This document shows, in pieces, positions 52,812 to 64,000 of a stretch of DNA of 64,000 nt. Both the position numbers and the translations under genes were made by a program. The notes under the pieces were generated by a model. The model had not been told where the DNA came from, searched no databases, and saw nothing but the letters and a program-made list of their open reading frames with translations. The stretch covers positions 124,001-188,000 of the forward strand of contig JBPGPT010000018.1 in NCBI GenBank assembly GCA_051047955.1, given 5' to 3'. Source of the stretch: Cystobasidiomycetes sp. EMM_F5. Taxonomy: Eukaryota. Position 1 is the first letter of the stretch. Every line of letters starts with the position of its first letter.

Positions 52812-53098
52812 CAGGGATGTACACATGACTATTCGAGGGGTATACCTGTTCTCGCGACCATGTTTGAGCATCACGCGCCCGTCAGATCGCATATCTGTGC
52901 GGGGAAATCCAACTCGCGATCCTTTGCTTTTCGTCGACATTGTGCCCACGACGGTGCTGCATGGACGCCTCGTCCCGTAGCAGTATCCTGCGCATGCCCA
53001 AGACTTGATCCTCACCAAAGTCGTTGAACGCCCGGCGCCATGCCTGGAGCCCACCTGCTGAGCCTTCGGCGTCCTCGCTTCTACGCCAGAAGCTCGAC

Positions 53099-53899
53099 AT
53101 GACTGCTGAGCGGAGATACAACCAAGTGTACTCTGCCTGGCAAGACGGCAAGTGCATCTGCTGGTATCGCACCTACGAGCGTGATGGCCAGCTCTTCTAC
53201 GTCGAGGTCCCCGGCAACGCAAAGCGGCCAGTCAATTGGGCTGACTTTGACGGCAAGCTGCTGCCTAAAGCCCAGCTGTACACGCCTCTTCTTCCGTCGT
53301 ACACGCTCGCTCACACACCCAATCCGGATCTCTGCTACGTGAAGCGCTCCCCAGTCGAGCGATACTCCCCAAACTCGGGCAGAGTCGAGTTTCGACAGCC
53401 GATGGCTCAGGAGATTGCCGCCTGTGAAGTCCTGGCCAAGCACCCGCATCCCAATATTCTACGGTACCACGGTGTCGTTCCTGACCAAGACCAGCAATAC
53501 GTTGCGGCTTTGTGCTTTGACAAGTGCGGTGCAGACCTCAAGAAGGCCATCCGGGACGGTGATGGAGCGCATGAACAACCAAGAGGCTTCACCAAACAGG
53601 AGAAGCGCAAGATTATGGACGACATCAAGAAGGCGCTCACCCATTTGCATGATCTCGGCTATGTGCACAATGATGTAAATCCAAACAATATTCTCCTACC
53701 ACTTGTTGATGGAGACTTCAAGGCCGTTTTGGCAGACTTCGACTCATGCGTACCAGTAAACACCCCTGCAATGCACAAGCGTGGCACAGAAGGCTACTTC
53801 GAGTGGACCGAGACGTCAACGCCCGAAAATGATTGGTACGGATGGACAAAGACGGCAGAATTCCTAGGCTTATCGCAGGACTACGCACCGCTAATCTGA
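53099..53899 (+). CDS. Atypical fungal protein kinase-like, copy 1, intronless
   Basis: CYVKR; EIAACEVL..HPHPNIL.YHG; HNDVNPNNIL; ADFDS; GT.GY. Confidence 0.8.
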   Translation: MTAERRYNQVYSAWQDGKCICWYRTYERDGQLFYVEVPGNAKRPVNWADFDGKLLPKAQLYTPLLPSYTLAHTPNPDLCYVKRSPVERYSPNSGRVEFRQPMAQEIAACEVLAKHPHPNILRYHGVVPDQDQQYVAALCFDKCGADLKKAIRDGDGAHEQPRGFTKQEKRKIMDDIKKALTHLHDLGYVHNDVNPNNILLPLVDGDFKAVLADFDSCVPVNTPAMHKRGTEGYFEWTETSTPENDWYGWTKTAEFLGLSQDYAPLI

Positions 53900-54297
53900 A
53901 CGTCTTCCTTTTCAGCAATCCGAGTGCTCTTACCACCTACTAGCGAGAAGTGAAGGCCGTGATGCATGAAAGGCCTGTCAAAGAACCGCGTGCGAAAATG
54001 CGTCAACGTAATCCAAGTATTTGCGGAGTATTAGCGTACATTGCAATTTGAATCTCCTTATCGCGATGAAGTTTATAACTACGCTGCTTATGCCATAAAA
54101 ATTTCGACGCTGTGCTGTACTTGGTCTGAACGGGACCTTCGAGTCCCCGCAAAGCTTTCATTGGAACCCATCGAATTCATGTACGAATAACCTGTCCAGT
54201 GCTCTGAGAGCTGCATAGATGTTTGCACTATGTTTCGCTGTCAAGTCGTTACAGCTGCGGCCATTTCTGCCCGACGACATCTTCCCGCTCCACAACC

Positions 54298-55089
54298 ATG
54301 ACCTCGCGTCAATACAATCAGAAGTACTGCACATTCGAAGGCGATAAACAGATACGATGGCATCGCACGTACGAGCTGAACGGCGAGCTGTACTACGTCG
54401 AAGTGCCAGCCGCGACGCAGCGGCCCATCAAGTGGAATGACTGGCAAGGACAGCATCTGCCAAAAGAGCTGCTGTACACTCCTCTCCTGGACACCTACAA
54501 GCGAGCACATCAGAGCACAGAATGCGCAGCTGTTTGCTATCTGAAACGGCCGCCCTTGGCTCGCTATACGCCCGAAGAGGGCAGTAATCTGCCTGCTATC
54601 TGCCGTAACGAGATAGCCATATGCGAATTGCTATTACAACACCCGCATCCAAACATCCTCCGGTACCATGGTGTCGTTCCGGACGATAGCGAAACATACG
54701 TCGCTGGACTCTGTTTTGACAGGCATGGACAGGATCTGAACAAAGCGGTCGAAGGAGGCAGGGTATTCTCTAAAAGCGCAAAGAAATCAATAATGGACGA
54801 CATCAAGAGCGCCCTCAGTCACCTTCACAGCCTTGGGTATATTCACAATGATGTCAATCCGAATAACATCCTCCTCCCGCTCGTCGAGGGCGGAGTGTGT
54901 GCTGTACTGGCAGACTTCGATTCCTGCGTACCCGTCAACACGCGAGCCTCTCACAAGCGTGGCACAGACGGCTTCTATCAGTGGACCGAATTGTGTACAG
55001 AGCGCAATGATTGGTTCGGTTGGGAAAAAACAGCCGAATTCTTGGATGCGGCGCCGGATGGTGAGCTGCATGTCAGGCTGATCTGCTGA
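54298..55089 (+). CDS. Atypical fungal protein kinase-like, copy 2, intronless
   Basis: Paralog of copy 1: CYLKR; HPHPNILRYHG; HNDVNPNNIL; ADFDS. Confidence 0.8.
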   Translation: MTSRQYNQKYCTFEGDKQIRWHRTYELNGELYYVEVPAATQRPIKWNDWQGQHLPKELLYTPLLDTYKRAHQSTECAAVCYLKRPPLARYTPEEGSNLPAICRNEIAICELLLQHPHPNILRYHGVVPDDSETYVAGLCFDRHGQDLNKAVEGGRVFSKSAKKSIMDDIKSALSHLHSLGYIHNDVNPNNILLPLVEGGVCAVLADFDSCVPVNTRASHKRGTDGFYQWTELCTERNDWFGWEKTAEFLDAAPDGELHVRLIC

Positions 55090-55189
55090 CATTGCACTCA
55101 ACTTTGTGTGCTCGTCAACCGAAATGCATAGTGCAGCGAGGTCTGCTGCATCAAAGATACTATGTCTGCGGCATCCAGCACGACTTGCA

Positions 55190-56902
55190 TCAACGTAGAG
55201 TGTTGAAAGTGAATCTGCCCGCAAGCATCGTTGCCTGTACTTTCATTGTACGGATTTCTTCGGCGCTACTTGTTAGCGGATCTCTGGGAAGTATGCACAG
55301 GTCTGCAATATCCTTCTTTTGTACCTGTAACCGTTTATACGAGGTAGATCCGCGATATGCTGTGATGATGTCCAACTTTTGCTCCGGATGCCATCCCAAA
55401 TGTGTCTCTCCCGGTCGACATCTTGTAATTCCGGCGTATATTGCAAGCCAGGGATCAAGTGGAGCTACCGGCGCGTCGCTGCCAAGTACCACGGGTATTC
55501 CCGCACGTACGAGGTCGCCGTATGGAAACGCTCTGTCTGTACAAGACGGCCAGAAGCGCTCAGCTAACTCGCGATCATCGTTCTGATGTTGCGGCTGAAT
55601 CGAAGCGATAAGACCTAGTTCTTTGAAGCGCCTAATATCCTCCGGTAACAGGAGTTGCGCGTGTTCAACAGTGCTTTCTGGATGGATTGGACTGGCGAGA
55701 CGTCCGAAGGTGTCAAAGGTTTTCGAGTGGGCTCTGTCGCCAATCGCATGCACGGCTAGCCGGAGACCGTGATTGTTCGCTTTCTTCAACATAGCCAGCA
55801 AGTCTTGCTCCTCATAAACAAATATGCCGTGATCGCCAGGATGCGCTGGAGGGGAAGGGTACGGTGTATGGCAGCAGGCTGTGCGTGTACCAAGTGAGCC
55901 GTCTGTGATAATTTTGAACGGACCAACAGTCGCCAAGCCTTTCGAGCCTGGAACAACATCATTTGTCTTCCATCCAGCATCGATAGCATCATGTACATGC
56001 TGTGCGTACATTCCGCATTCCACGCGAAGCTTGTCGAGCCCGCGTTGTATTCGGTTGCACCAGCTAAATAAGTAGCTTGAGCCAGAAGCTTTTGTCTACT
56101 GAATTGCGCAGAAATACTTACTTGGCGATATTATGTTGCATATCCAAGTCCACGATCTTCGTAACGCCCTTCGCACTGAGTGTCTTAATTCAGTCGCGGT
56201 ACGCCTGCCAGTCGCTGTAAATTTGACATACGCAGCATCATTGCACGCATCTTGCAAGTCCTCAAACATGCTGTGTTCGAGCAGGATATCGAGCGCAGTC
56301 ATTACATCGAAACTTTCTTGTTCGACGAGGAGGCCCGTAGGGTGCAGGCCCAGCTTCAGCAGTCGAAGGAATGCCGAATTTGCCCAGGAGGAGTGCAAGT
56401 CGTCCATTCGGACGATGACCGGAACATCAGAACGATCTAGCATGTCGTCGAGTGTAGCCCTTGTCATGCGGGCAACGTCTTCAGCCGCCCATTCTCCCAC
56501 AAAAAGGCCAGATGCGACCAGGGCTGGCTTTTTTGTTGCGTCGAACTGCGGCAGGGCTGCATTTATGGTCGTAATTGCGGCTTTGAGATCCTTGACGCCA
56601 GACATGGAGACATCCTTTCGAAACTTTGACCATACGCCAAAGTGCGTGTGATGGTCGACCATACTCGGCGCTAGAGACAGAAACGATATGTAAACAAAAA
56701 TTGAGACTCGACGCCAGAAATTTAGACTCGACTCACCAACGTAGGCGCCCTTCAAGTCATAGATTAAAACATTGTCTTCATCCCGTTCCTCGAGAGTAAC
56801 ATGTTGACGAATGTCGGCAATCACCCCATCCCGAATTTGAATATCGTAAAGACCCAGCGAAGGGTCATTAGTCAACCTGGCACGCCTGAAGAGCGTCGAC
56901 AT
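55190..56902 (-). CDS. Amidohydrolase 3 (YtcJ-like) metal-dependent hydrolase
   Basis: DHHTH; DLHSSWANS; KIITDGSLGTRTA; HAIGD; EHAQ; SIQP; GSDAPV. Multi-exon. Confidence 0.88.
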
Positions 56903-57182
56903 TGTCGCTACAGTTTCAGTTTGCAGGGAAACGAGCAGATTCGCGAGATTGAGTGCAATACTTCGGTTAGACCGCCATATCGAGCATGATGTGGACTATG
57001 CCAACGCAGAGGTTATAAGAGAATCGCACGCTTGTCGTCGCTCGTAGCGCAATGCATCCTCCGTTGGGTCGAGCGGAGCACAAAACATCGTCATATCAAG
57101 CGCGCAGCAAGGCAAATCAGCAGAGAGACTGTGCAATTAGGTTTCGCTAAGTAGGACTATTCGTAACCCCTGCTAAGCATAT

Positions 57183-60100
57183 TCATTTGCCCAAAATCCT
57201 CCGTAAAAGCTGGATACTTGCTGGTTTCGACTCCGCCAACATCGCCGCAGACGCTTTCGGCGAGAGGCTTGCATTTGCGCTTCGTACATTCCTCGGCTTC
57301 TTTCCGTCACCACTTGCTTCGTTTCGCCGCTCTGTCATCAATCCAAGTACGTCGATCGCCGACATCGCCCTCCGAAAGAATGGGATGCTCCGTCCAGCTT
57401 TCCCTTGAGGATCCACCATTCCTGCCTCGGTGTTGTCCGACGTTGATACAAGTACGTCGAAAGGATCGTCCGAGAACTCCACTACAGGCGTCGACGCAAA
57501 GCACGTTGCAAAGCATTCGTCACACGAACGACCGTTGGGGGCCCTCCAGGAAGTGCCGGAGGTATGATGAAACTCTGGCAGCACCACTGCGTCAGCTGCA
57601 TGAAGGCAAAATATGTGCCGACAACTTACTTTAGTAGAGCATGCCCAGCAGACTAGATCCCCACATAATCGGCAATGATGCCGCCTTCTCCAGACAGCAA
57701 ACGCTTCTCCGCATCGCTGACAGGCTGCGGATTGTGTATTCGGCTGCCACACCGGTGCGCTGTAGTCCGTGTGTATCTGAAGATTGGCGTACTTGGCAGC
57801 AAAATCGGTGGTCAGCCACGAGTCGTGGGGCACACCCACATCACCCGCTGCTGGGGCGTCGCCCGAAGCTACAGACTCATTCACGCTCGATACCATGGAA
57901 GATTCCGCGTCCACGTGACTCAAGTCGTCATCTGCATCATCCTCTTCGTCTGGCATTTCGAAACTCCCAGATTTAGCTGAGGCCGGCTGGGCAATGCTGA
58001 TCTTGCCGGCTTTCGGCGTGGATGGTGCAGAGTGATTGGATGCCGCCTTACCAACGTGTGCCTCAGCGGGTGAAAGCAGAGTACGCCTTGCAGACAATAG
58101 ATCCTCCCTGGCCTGGCGTATGGCTACCATCCATTCTGCTTTGACTTGGGCAGTAGCTAGTTGAGCATGGTCGACATTCAGCAGCATGTACTGCATTCAT
58201 CCTGGATACGACTTACGAGCTGTTACAGAGAAGCTCTTGATCGGACTTCTGATTTCAAAACTAGTACCGTCTACACCGTTTATGGTTACGGTCTCAAGCG
58301 GAAAAGCGTTCTTGTAGGTATATAATTTCCCACTTGACGAAGTGCCACTCGTACTGAGCATAGGCCAAGGCAGAGACATTCGCTTATTGTCGCCCTGACT
58401 GGATGAGCTAGATATAGCCTGGTGCTTGCTTGAGACTGCTCCAACGCCAGAACTCCCTACGTGAGTGTGTGAGATGGCTCTCGTCCACGGATAGTGTATG
58501 TTTGCATACAGTAGCAGATCATCGAAGAGGAAGAATGCTCGATCCTCGTCTGCGTTGCGACCGCTCTTTACGAGTACACCTGATCGTATTAAGCGTCGAC
58601 CTGGCTTCATGAGCTGGAAATCGAGGCCCTGTATATTCTTCTGCAGATCAAGCATGACTGAAGCCGACTCGTGAAGCTTGATGTGTGCTTCCAAGTGGTT
58701 TGCAACTATAATTTGAATCAGAATCGATTCGATTTGCCGTCAGCTACAGTTCCTACCGCTCTCTATGGCCTGAAGTGCCTGCTTGAGCTTGACATAGTCT
58801 TCATCCGTTCTATCGGTATAGCGTAGCAGCTCCTATACTTGATGATTGAGCTTTACACAACGTCAACTTGCTCATGCAGGCTGACTTACTCCGATCAGCA
58901 AGCGGTATCGGGGAATTCTCTGTACAATATTCAAAAACATTGCACTGAGCGAAAGATGCCTCCCTACTCCAGCTACTTGTTTTGCCTTGACAAACTTGCG
59001 CCATCTTTCATTGCCCTTGTCTTCTCGCTCGAGGACTGTTTGTGCATTCGCGAAATTGCCAACGAATAGAGAATAACACTTGAAGAACGGTAGAATCGGG
59101 AGCAGGATGGTGCCGACATTGCGAGGTATCGCCATAGGTGGAGGAATGTATGCACGTACGGATTTCACAGTCTTGACATTATCTGCTCTGAAAAAGAACC
59201 GACCGATTGTCCCTACGTTCGACGCAACTGTATCAGTGGTAGGTGAGTCTATAGAGGCACCCTCTTCCAATCTTTGCAAAGTTTCCTTTGCTAGTGCCCG
59301 AACATCCGAGAAATTGGAAAAGATCTCCTTGATGTTTCGCATTGGCATAATCTGCGTGTCCAGAGCTGTACTCGCAGCATCCGTCAATGGTACTACGAAA
59401 TGCTGAGCAGTTTTCAGCTGCGAACACCGTATCAAGTAGTACGGCGCGTACCTCGTGCACATCGTCCAGCACTTTCACATATGCCCGCTCCGTCTCGAGT
59501 ATCTCGTTTGCCGTACGGTCCTTGCGAGCTGATCTAGCCGTCTTTTTCGCAGTGTTGAAAGCAGCCGTATTCAGTATCGAGCGCGTGGTAGGCGGAGTTG
59601 CAAAGCGTATGGATCTGTGTGAGGTAAGAAAAGGGTCTCGGAGTCGTAAGATCTTCGCTTCCTTTCCTGATCCCAAAGGCGCGTCCCTTGCGGGGTCCAG
59701 ACCAGGCTGCATGTGCGTGGGACCAAAGAGGATCGATTCTTCAGTCAACGCAACAGATGTGGGTCTGCTTGTACCCGCTGTTTGTTGCTGTAGAATGGAA
59801 GGAGGCAGCGATGCGCGTTTGATCTTGCTTCGCACTCGTATTCGTCGTCCAATGCCGGGTGGAGACGGATTGATCAAAACGGGTATTCGGTCAAGAGGAG
59901 AATTTAGCGCTTCACGACCATCTAGGCTTGCGTTCAAACTGAGGGCTGGTGGAGACGGGGGTCCGCGAGCAGCTGCCAACTTGCCTGAGAATGACGACTC
60001 AACCGGCATGCTGGTACGGCGAGCCCGCGTATTAGCGTTATGCGGTGTCGCTCTGCCTGTCGACGTGTTCACAAAAACATCGCCAGCTGGCTTGACGGAT

Positions 60101-60216
60101 TGCTCAGTGGCGCTGAACACCATTGTTCCACCATCCAAGTGCTGAATATCATCGGGAGCGAGTACGGCAGTTGCATCAGGAGTGCCCATGTCGGTGTCGC
60201 AGACTGCGCTCAGCAT
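57183..60216 (-). CDS. RhoGEF (DH)-PH-FYVE protein (FGD/Don1-like)
   Basis: EILETERAYV; IFSN; PFFKCYSLF; VQRIPRYRLL; PH RRLIRSGVLVK..FLFDDLLLY; FYVE WQP..CQRC..RRRHHCRLCG..CW.CS..SCDEC. Start uncertain; possible frame break at ~57540. Confidence 0.85.
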
Positions 60217-60500
60217 TGGCGCCAGAAGTGTCAGATCATCTGTGCCAAATGGGACTTCAAGCTGCGTATCAAGCTGGCTCGGAACATCATCCCGAACTGC
60301 AAGTGCACAGCTTCCGCGGCGTGCTCAGTATAATCATAATTGCAATCAATTCCAGCGCAAGATGCACTCATGTTTGTACACTCGACATCGGCAACGGTTC
60401 AGCGCCAAAGGGCAATGACAGGGATGGCAATTGCGGGGAAAAGATGGCTGATGCGCAGCAATACTATCGTACAGCAGACTGGCCTACAAGTATTCAACCG

Positions 60501-61778
60501 TTAGCAGCTGTGAAAATCAATCCCACGCTCTCTGCATATTGCCATGAGGGTATCAATGAACGGAACGTCCTGCGGATCGTCGGCATCCCATTCATTGCCA
60601 TATATCGATATGCATTCCAATACTGGCACATCTTGGTAGGAATTGATTAAAGCCACGCCTGTAGCCGCTCTAGACGGCCCTATCAATTCCATCTCCTTTA
60701 AGTTAGGGAAAGACATAGCCCGATTGGCGAAAATCGGCGCCGCCTTTACGAGACAGTCCAGTGACAGCTGTCTGAGCACAGCAAAGACAGTGCCTTGCGT
60801 TACTGCACTGAACATTTTTAGCGGAAGGAATATGACTCGCAGTGTCGATGCCGACGCTACAAGACTTGACGAAACTTGCTGCAGAAGATATTCTGTCAGG
60901 TCAGGCTCGTTGATGTGAAGTCTAATGTCTTGCAGCTGCTGCCACGGATCGACAGGCAGAGGGCACGTACGCGCTCCAGCCGGCATCAGCGGAGGCCTCC
61001 AGTAGCGGAGTTCCAAACGTAGGGCAAACCAGGTCCGGCAGTTGATGACTGACGTCCAAAAGATTGCTTGTGGCTGCATGCCAAAATCCTCGTCTTTCAC
61101 ATACAACGAGCGCGGTTGATGTGTCTGAGACAGCCATTGGCCCAAAAGGTTTGCATGGCTGCTGTGTCTAATCTGGACGCAGATGTACAATATCGAGGGG
61201 AGCGAGAACAGCTCGAAGCATGCTCTTGGAGTGCGGACAATATCTTGATCCGCCGCGGTATGGTCGAAGGATACATCGATCGATTTGACACCTCGCATAC
61301 GGGAAATCGTCTTTGCAAGTCTCACGTCAAGTTCCAGCGGATGACCGCAGTAGATCTCGTCATGTAGGCAGGCATCGCAGCATGTATTGACGTTCATGAC
61401 CACGCTCAAAGTGTGGTGACCCTGCTGAATGCACCGTAGAATGCCGGCCGGCAAGTATTCTTTCTCAACGTTGAAAAAGTCGTCTCCAAGGCCTGACTCC
61501 AGGTCATGCCATCCCTCGGTGCACCGTAAAAGTCCAATCGGCAAGTCATCGTTCTCAATGTTGAGGTAGTCGCCTGCAAAGCCTTCCCCCAGGTCATGCC
61601 ATCTCTGAATGCGGAGATGCCTGCAAAGAGCGTATGTGCGCGAGTTGACGAGCAGCAGGCTGTGTAAACTTTCTACGTCGCCAATGAACCATTCCCTCCA
61701 CAGATAGTCCCATCCGGCGTCGAGTACATCCTCCCCGATACGAACGATGACCTCGTCAGGTAAATGTAATAGCGCCAT
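60501..61778 (-). CDS. F-box-like protein with LRR-like C-terminus, copy A, intronless
   Basis: MALLHLPDEVIVRI; Cys/His cluster CCDACLHDEIYCGHP; LxxLxL-type repeats; paralog of 62199-63377. Confidence 0.7.
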   Translation of the reverse strand: MALLHLPDEVIVRIGEDVLDAGWDYLWREWFIGDVESLHSLLLVNSRTYALCRHLRIQRWHDLGEGFAGDYLNIENDDLPIGLLRCTEGWHDLESGLGDDFFNVEKEYLPAGILRCIQQGHHTLSVVMNVNTCCDACLHDEIYCGHPLELDVRLAKTISRMRGVKSIDVSFDHTAADQDIVRTPRACFELFSLPSILYICVQIRHSSHANLLGQWLSQTHQPRSLYVKDEDFGMQPQAIFWTSVINCRTWFALRLELRYWRPPLMPAGARTCPLPVDPWQQLQDIRLHINEPDLTEYLLQQVSSSLVASASTLRVIFLPLKMFSAVTQGTVFAVLRQLSLDCLVKAAPIFANRAMSFPNLKEMELIGPSRAATGVALINSYQDVPVLECISIYGNEWDADDPQDVPFIDTLMAICRERGIDFHSC

Positions 61779-61839
61779 AACGAAGCCTGGTAAATCAATG
61801 AGATTCCTATCATCTTGACGGTTTGACAGCCAATGTCAA

Positions 61840-61945
61840 TGTTCAACATCTGTGCGCCCGATATGTATGTGGCCATAAGGGTCGTACTCCATAAGGGTCG
61901 TACTCCAGATCTGCACCTACATCAGACTCTGCAGACCCTACACAC
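61840..61945 (-). pseudogene. Degenerate relic of the 3' end of an F-box/LRR-like paralog, with a 16-bp tandem duplication
   Basis: tggccataagggtc and cgtactccagatctgca match the 62234-62277 region; ataagggtcgtactcc is repeated twice (61875-61906). Confidence 0.5.
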
Positions 61946-62198
61946 CGTATTGCTATTGAAGACGAAGGCCCTGGCTCGTGAACAGCAGGTCGTTATGTCC
62001 AAGCCATTGGATCCATATTTCCAAGTCTGCGCCTAGAGGATAGGACTGACGACAGATTGTAGTGTCCATACTATGAATATTGTCCGTGTAACCAGAGCCG
62101 AATCGACGAATATCAAACCGATGGCTTCCTGGGTACGACATCCCTATTCCGATTTAAGCACAGTGTGACTGTAAACTGGCGGCTGCAACTACGAGCCG

Positions 62199-63377
62199 TC
62201 ACATCTGTAGACGAATCTGGTGCTCTCTACATATGGCCATAAGGGTCTCAATGGACGAATCGTACTCCAGATCTGCAGCACATAGAGATATGGTCTGGAG
62301 CACTGGCACATCCGCGCGGGACCGCACCAACGAGGCGCCCGCAGCAGCTCCTGCAGGCCCTACCAATTCCAGCACTTCCAGGGACTGAAAAGACATTGCT
62401 CGATTGGCAATATCGAGTGCCGACTCTTCGAGAGAGTCCAACGTCAAATACCTAAGTGCGGGAAAGATTGTGGCCTGTGTTACTGCACTGAACATCCGTA
62501 GCGGAAGGTGGATGACTTTCAGTGTCGATGCGGAAGCTACAAGACTTGCGCACACTTGCTCCAGGAGATACTCGGTCAGGACATGCCCAACTTCTTGAAG
62601 GCACAAGTATTGCAGCTGGTGCCAGGGAGCGACAGCCAACGGGCTCTCACGCGCACCCGGCGGAACGAGCGGAGCCCTGACCTTGTCAAGTCTCAAATCA
62701 AGGCTGAACAGGCTTTGCCGCCCAACAATAGAAGTCCAGAAGCTTTCATCCGGTTGCGCATCTTGATGACCGTGATGATCGTGATGATCGTGCTGGATGA
62801 GCAGAGCACGCGGATTTTTTGTCATAGATAGCCATTGACCGAGGAGATTTAGGTGGCTACCGTATCGGAAATGGGCGGTAATGTATAGGATGCTTGGTAA
62901 TGAAAACAACGCGGCGTGTGCTTGCGGTGTAGCGACAGTATCGTGAGTGACCACGTTGCTCGAATAGAAGGTTAAATCGATTGCACTTACGCCCCGCAAG
63001 TCGGATATCGTTTTGGCGAGTTTAGAATCGGCGTTCACAGGGTGAATGCAAGGGATTCCGACAAAGTGATTAATATCGCAGCATGAATCAACGTCCATCT
63101 TCATCTTCAGAGTCTGTTGGCCTTGCCGAATGCAGGTTACGCCTCTGAACAGCTCCTCATCGCTGTCGCGATCGTCAGACGATATAGGGAAATCATGCAA
63201 CATCTCGACCCGCAGATGCTTGCAGAGGGCATATATGCGCGGGTGTACGAGCAAAAAGTCACGCAGACTGTATATATCGCCATCGAACCAATGGCTGATG
63301 TCGTATTCCCATCCAATGTCGAGCACATTCTCGGCGATACGAATGATGAGCTCGTCGGGCAGTTGTAGTAGGGCCAT
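62199..63377 (-). CDS. F-box-like protein with LRR-like C-terminus, copy B, intronless
   Basis: MALLQLPDELIIRI; shares LFSLPSILYI, NLLGQWLS, LTEYLL, SLVASASTL, LETLMAICRE-type motifs with copy A. Confidence 0.7.
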   Translation of the reverse strand: MALLQLPDELIIRIAENVLDIGWEYDISHWFDGDIYSLRDFLLVHPRIYALCKHLRVEMLHDFPISSDDRDSDEELFRGVTCIRQGQQTLKMKMDVDSCCDINHFVGIPCIHPVNADSKLAKTISDLRGVSAIDLTFYSSNVVTHDTVATPQAHAALFSLPSILYITAHFRYGSHLNLLGQWLSMTKNPRALLIQHDHHDHHGHQDAQPDESFWTSIVGRQSLFSLDLRLDKVRAPLVPPGARESPLAVAPWHQLQYLCLQEVGHVLTEYLLEQVCASLVASASTLKVIHLPLRMFSAVTQATIFPALRYLTLDSLEESALDIANRAMSFQSLEVLELVGPAGAAAGASLVRSRADVPVLQTISLCAADLEYDSSIETLMAICREHQIRLQM

Positions 63378-63743
63378 GATGAAGTCTGGCGAGCGGATCA
63401 GGTTCGTATAACGTAGCTAGGTTTGCAGTGAGCTGCCGTATGGTCGCGCAGCCGGAATCGCAGCGACTGCGAAGATGACGAGGTCTTCGAAGTAGGCTTG
63501 AGTCGTGGCAGTATCATTCAATAGGCAAAAGCTGTGCAGATACGGTCATATCCATCCTCCAATTGGGGTTATGTTTTGTATTGATTCCAGGTCGCGTCTC
63601 CTCTTTCGTATCTACGTCATTAACCCGATCTGCCGCTGCATTGTCGCGGAGATTGAAAGAAGAAACGCTTTCTCTATTGCAACCAATTGTTGGATTATAC
63701 TGATATTGACATACACTAACAACACATTACTCTCGCAAACACC

Positions 63744-64000
63744 ATGGCAATCCAGCGCATTCTCATCTCCAGCTCGCGGCTAGCAAGGACTAGCGCAGTC
63801 CGGTCAATGTCGACAACCCCAGCCAGAGCAGCGACAAGGGACGCAGTTCGCACACAGAAGGACGACAAGACGAGCGTGGAGTCCAACCCTGGTCCGCTCA
63901 AGAAGAGCCATGACGATGCAAAGGGGTACCACGCCGAGAAAGACAAGGACCTGTCGGAAGGCGTGAGCGACGAGATCGTTGTATCTATTAGTATGCGCTG
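63744..64000 (+). CDS. 3'-partial gene, possible mitochondrial presequence
   Basis: accATG; MAIQRILISSSRLARTSAVRSMSTTPARAA (Arg/Ser-rich, no acidic residues); gtgagc donor at ~63963. Confidence 0.55.
   Translation, partial: MAIQRILISSSRLARTSAVRSMSTTPARAATRDAVRTQKDDKTSVESNPGPLKKSHDDAKGYHAEKDKDLSEGVSDEIVVSISMR

Noticed and set aside
59387..60145. 252-aa plus-strand ORF and many similar antisense ORFs (e.g. 9459-10016, 17019-17615, 46314-47015)
   Set aside because: Antisense shadows of well-supported genes, with no recognisable motifs.

Overview
Gene-dense eukaryotic DNA, about 50% GC by eye, with many short (~55-75 nt) GT-AG introns. It is clearly fungal and probably a basidiomycete (inferred from gene content and intron style). 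I reconstructed about 28 protein-coding genes, two of them truncated at the window edges. In order: an RGS-LOV-PAS-like blue-light photoreceptor (5'-partial), TOP3 with GRF/CCHC fingers, a THUMP-type RNA methyltransferase, a GAS2/GAR-domain protein, a secreted GH5 endoglucanase, APN1, the CAF-1 large subunit, a RAD51D-like paralog, four tandem F-box/zinc-finger/XPA-like genes, PRP4 kinase, an amino-acid-transporter-like gene, HRQ1 helicase, a GNAT, TIP20/RINT1, a small 72-aa gene, MGR2/ROMO1 (8 exons, one only 2 nt), SYP1/FCHo, mitochondrial intermediate peptidase, two tandem atypical kinases, an amidohydrolase, a DH-PH-FYVE GEF, two tandem F-box-like genes and a 3'-partial gene. The most notable observations are: (1) the F-box + XPA-like array, with a conserved micro first exon and an unrecognised ~110-120-aa repeat domain, inside a neighbourhood rich in genome-maintenance genes; (2) the RGS-LOV photoreceptor; (3) the 2-nt MGR2 microexon. 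Three single-base frame breaks at homopolymers may be assembly errors. No rRNA, tRNA, CRISPR array or intact transposon was recognised. All family calls come from motif recognition by eye, not from database searches.
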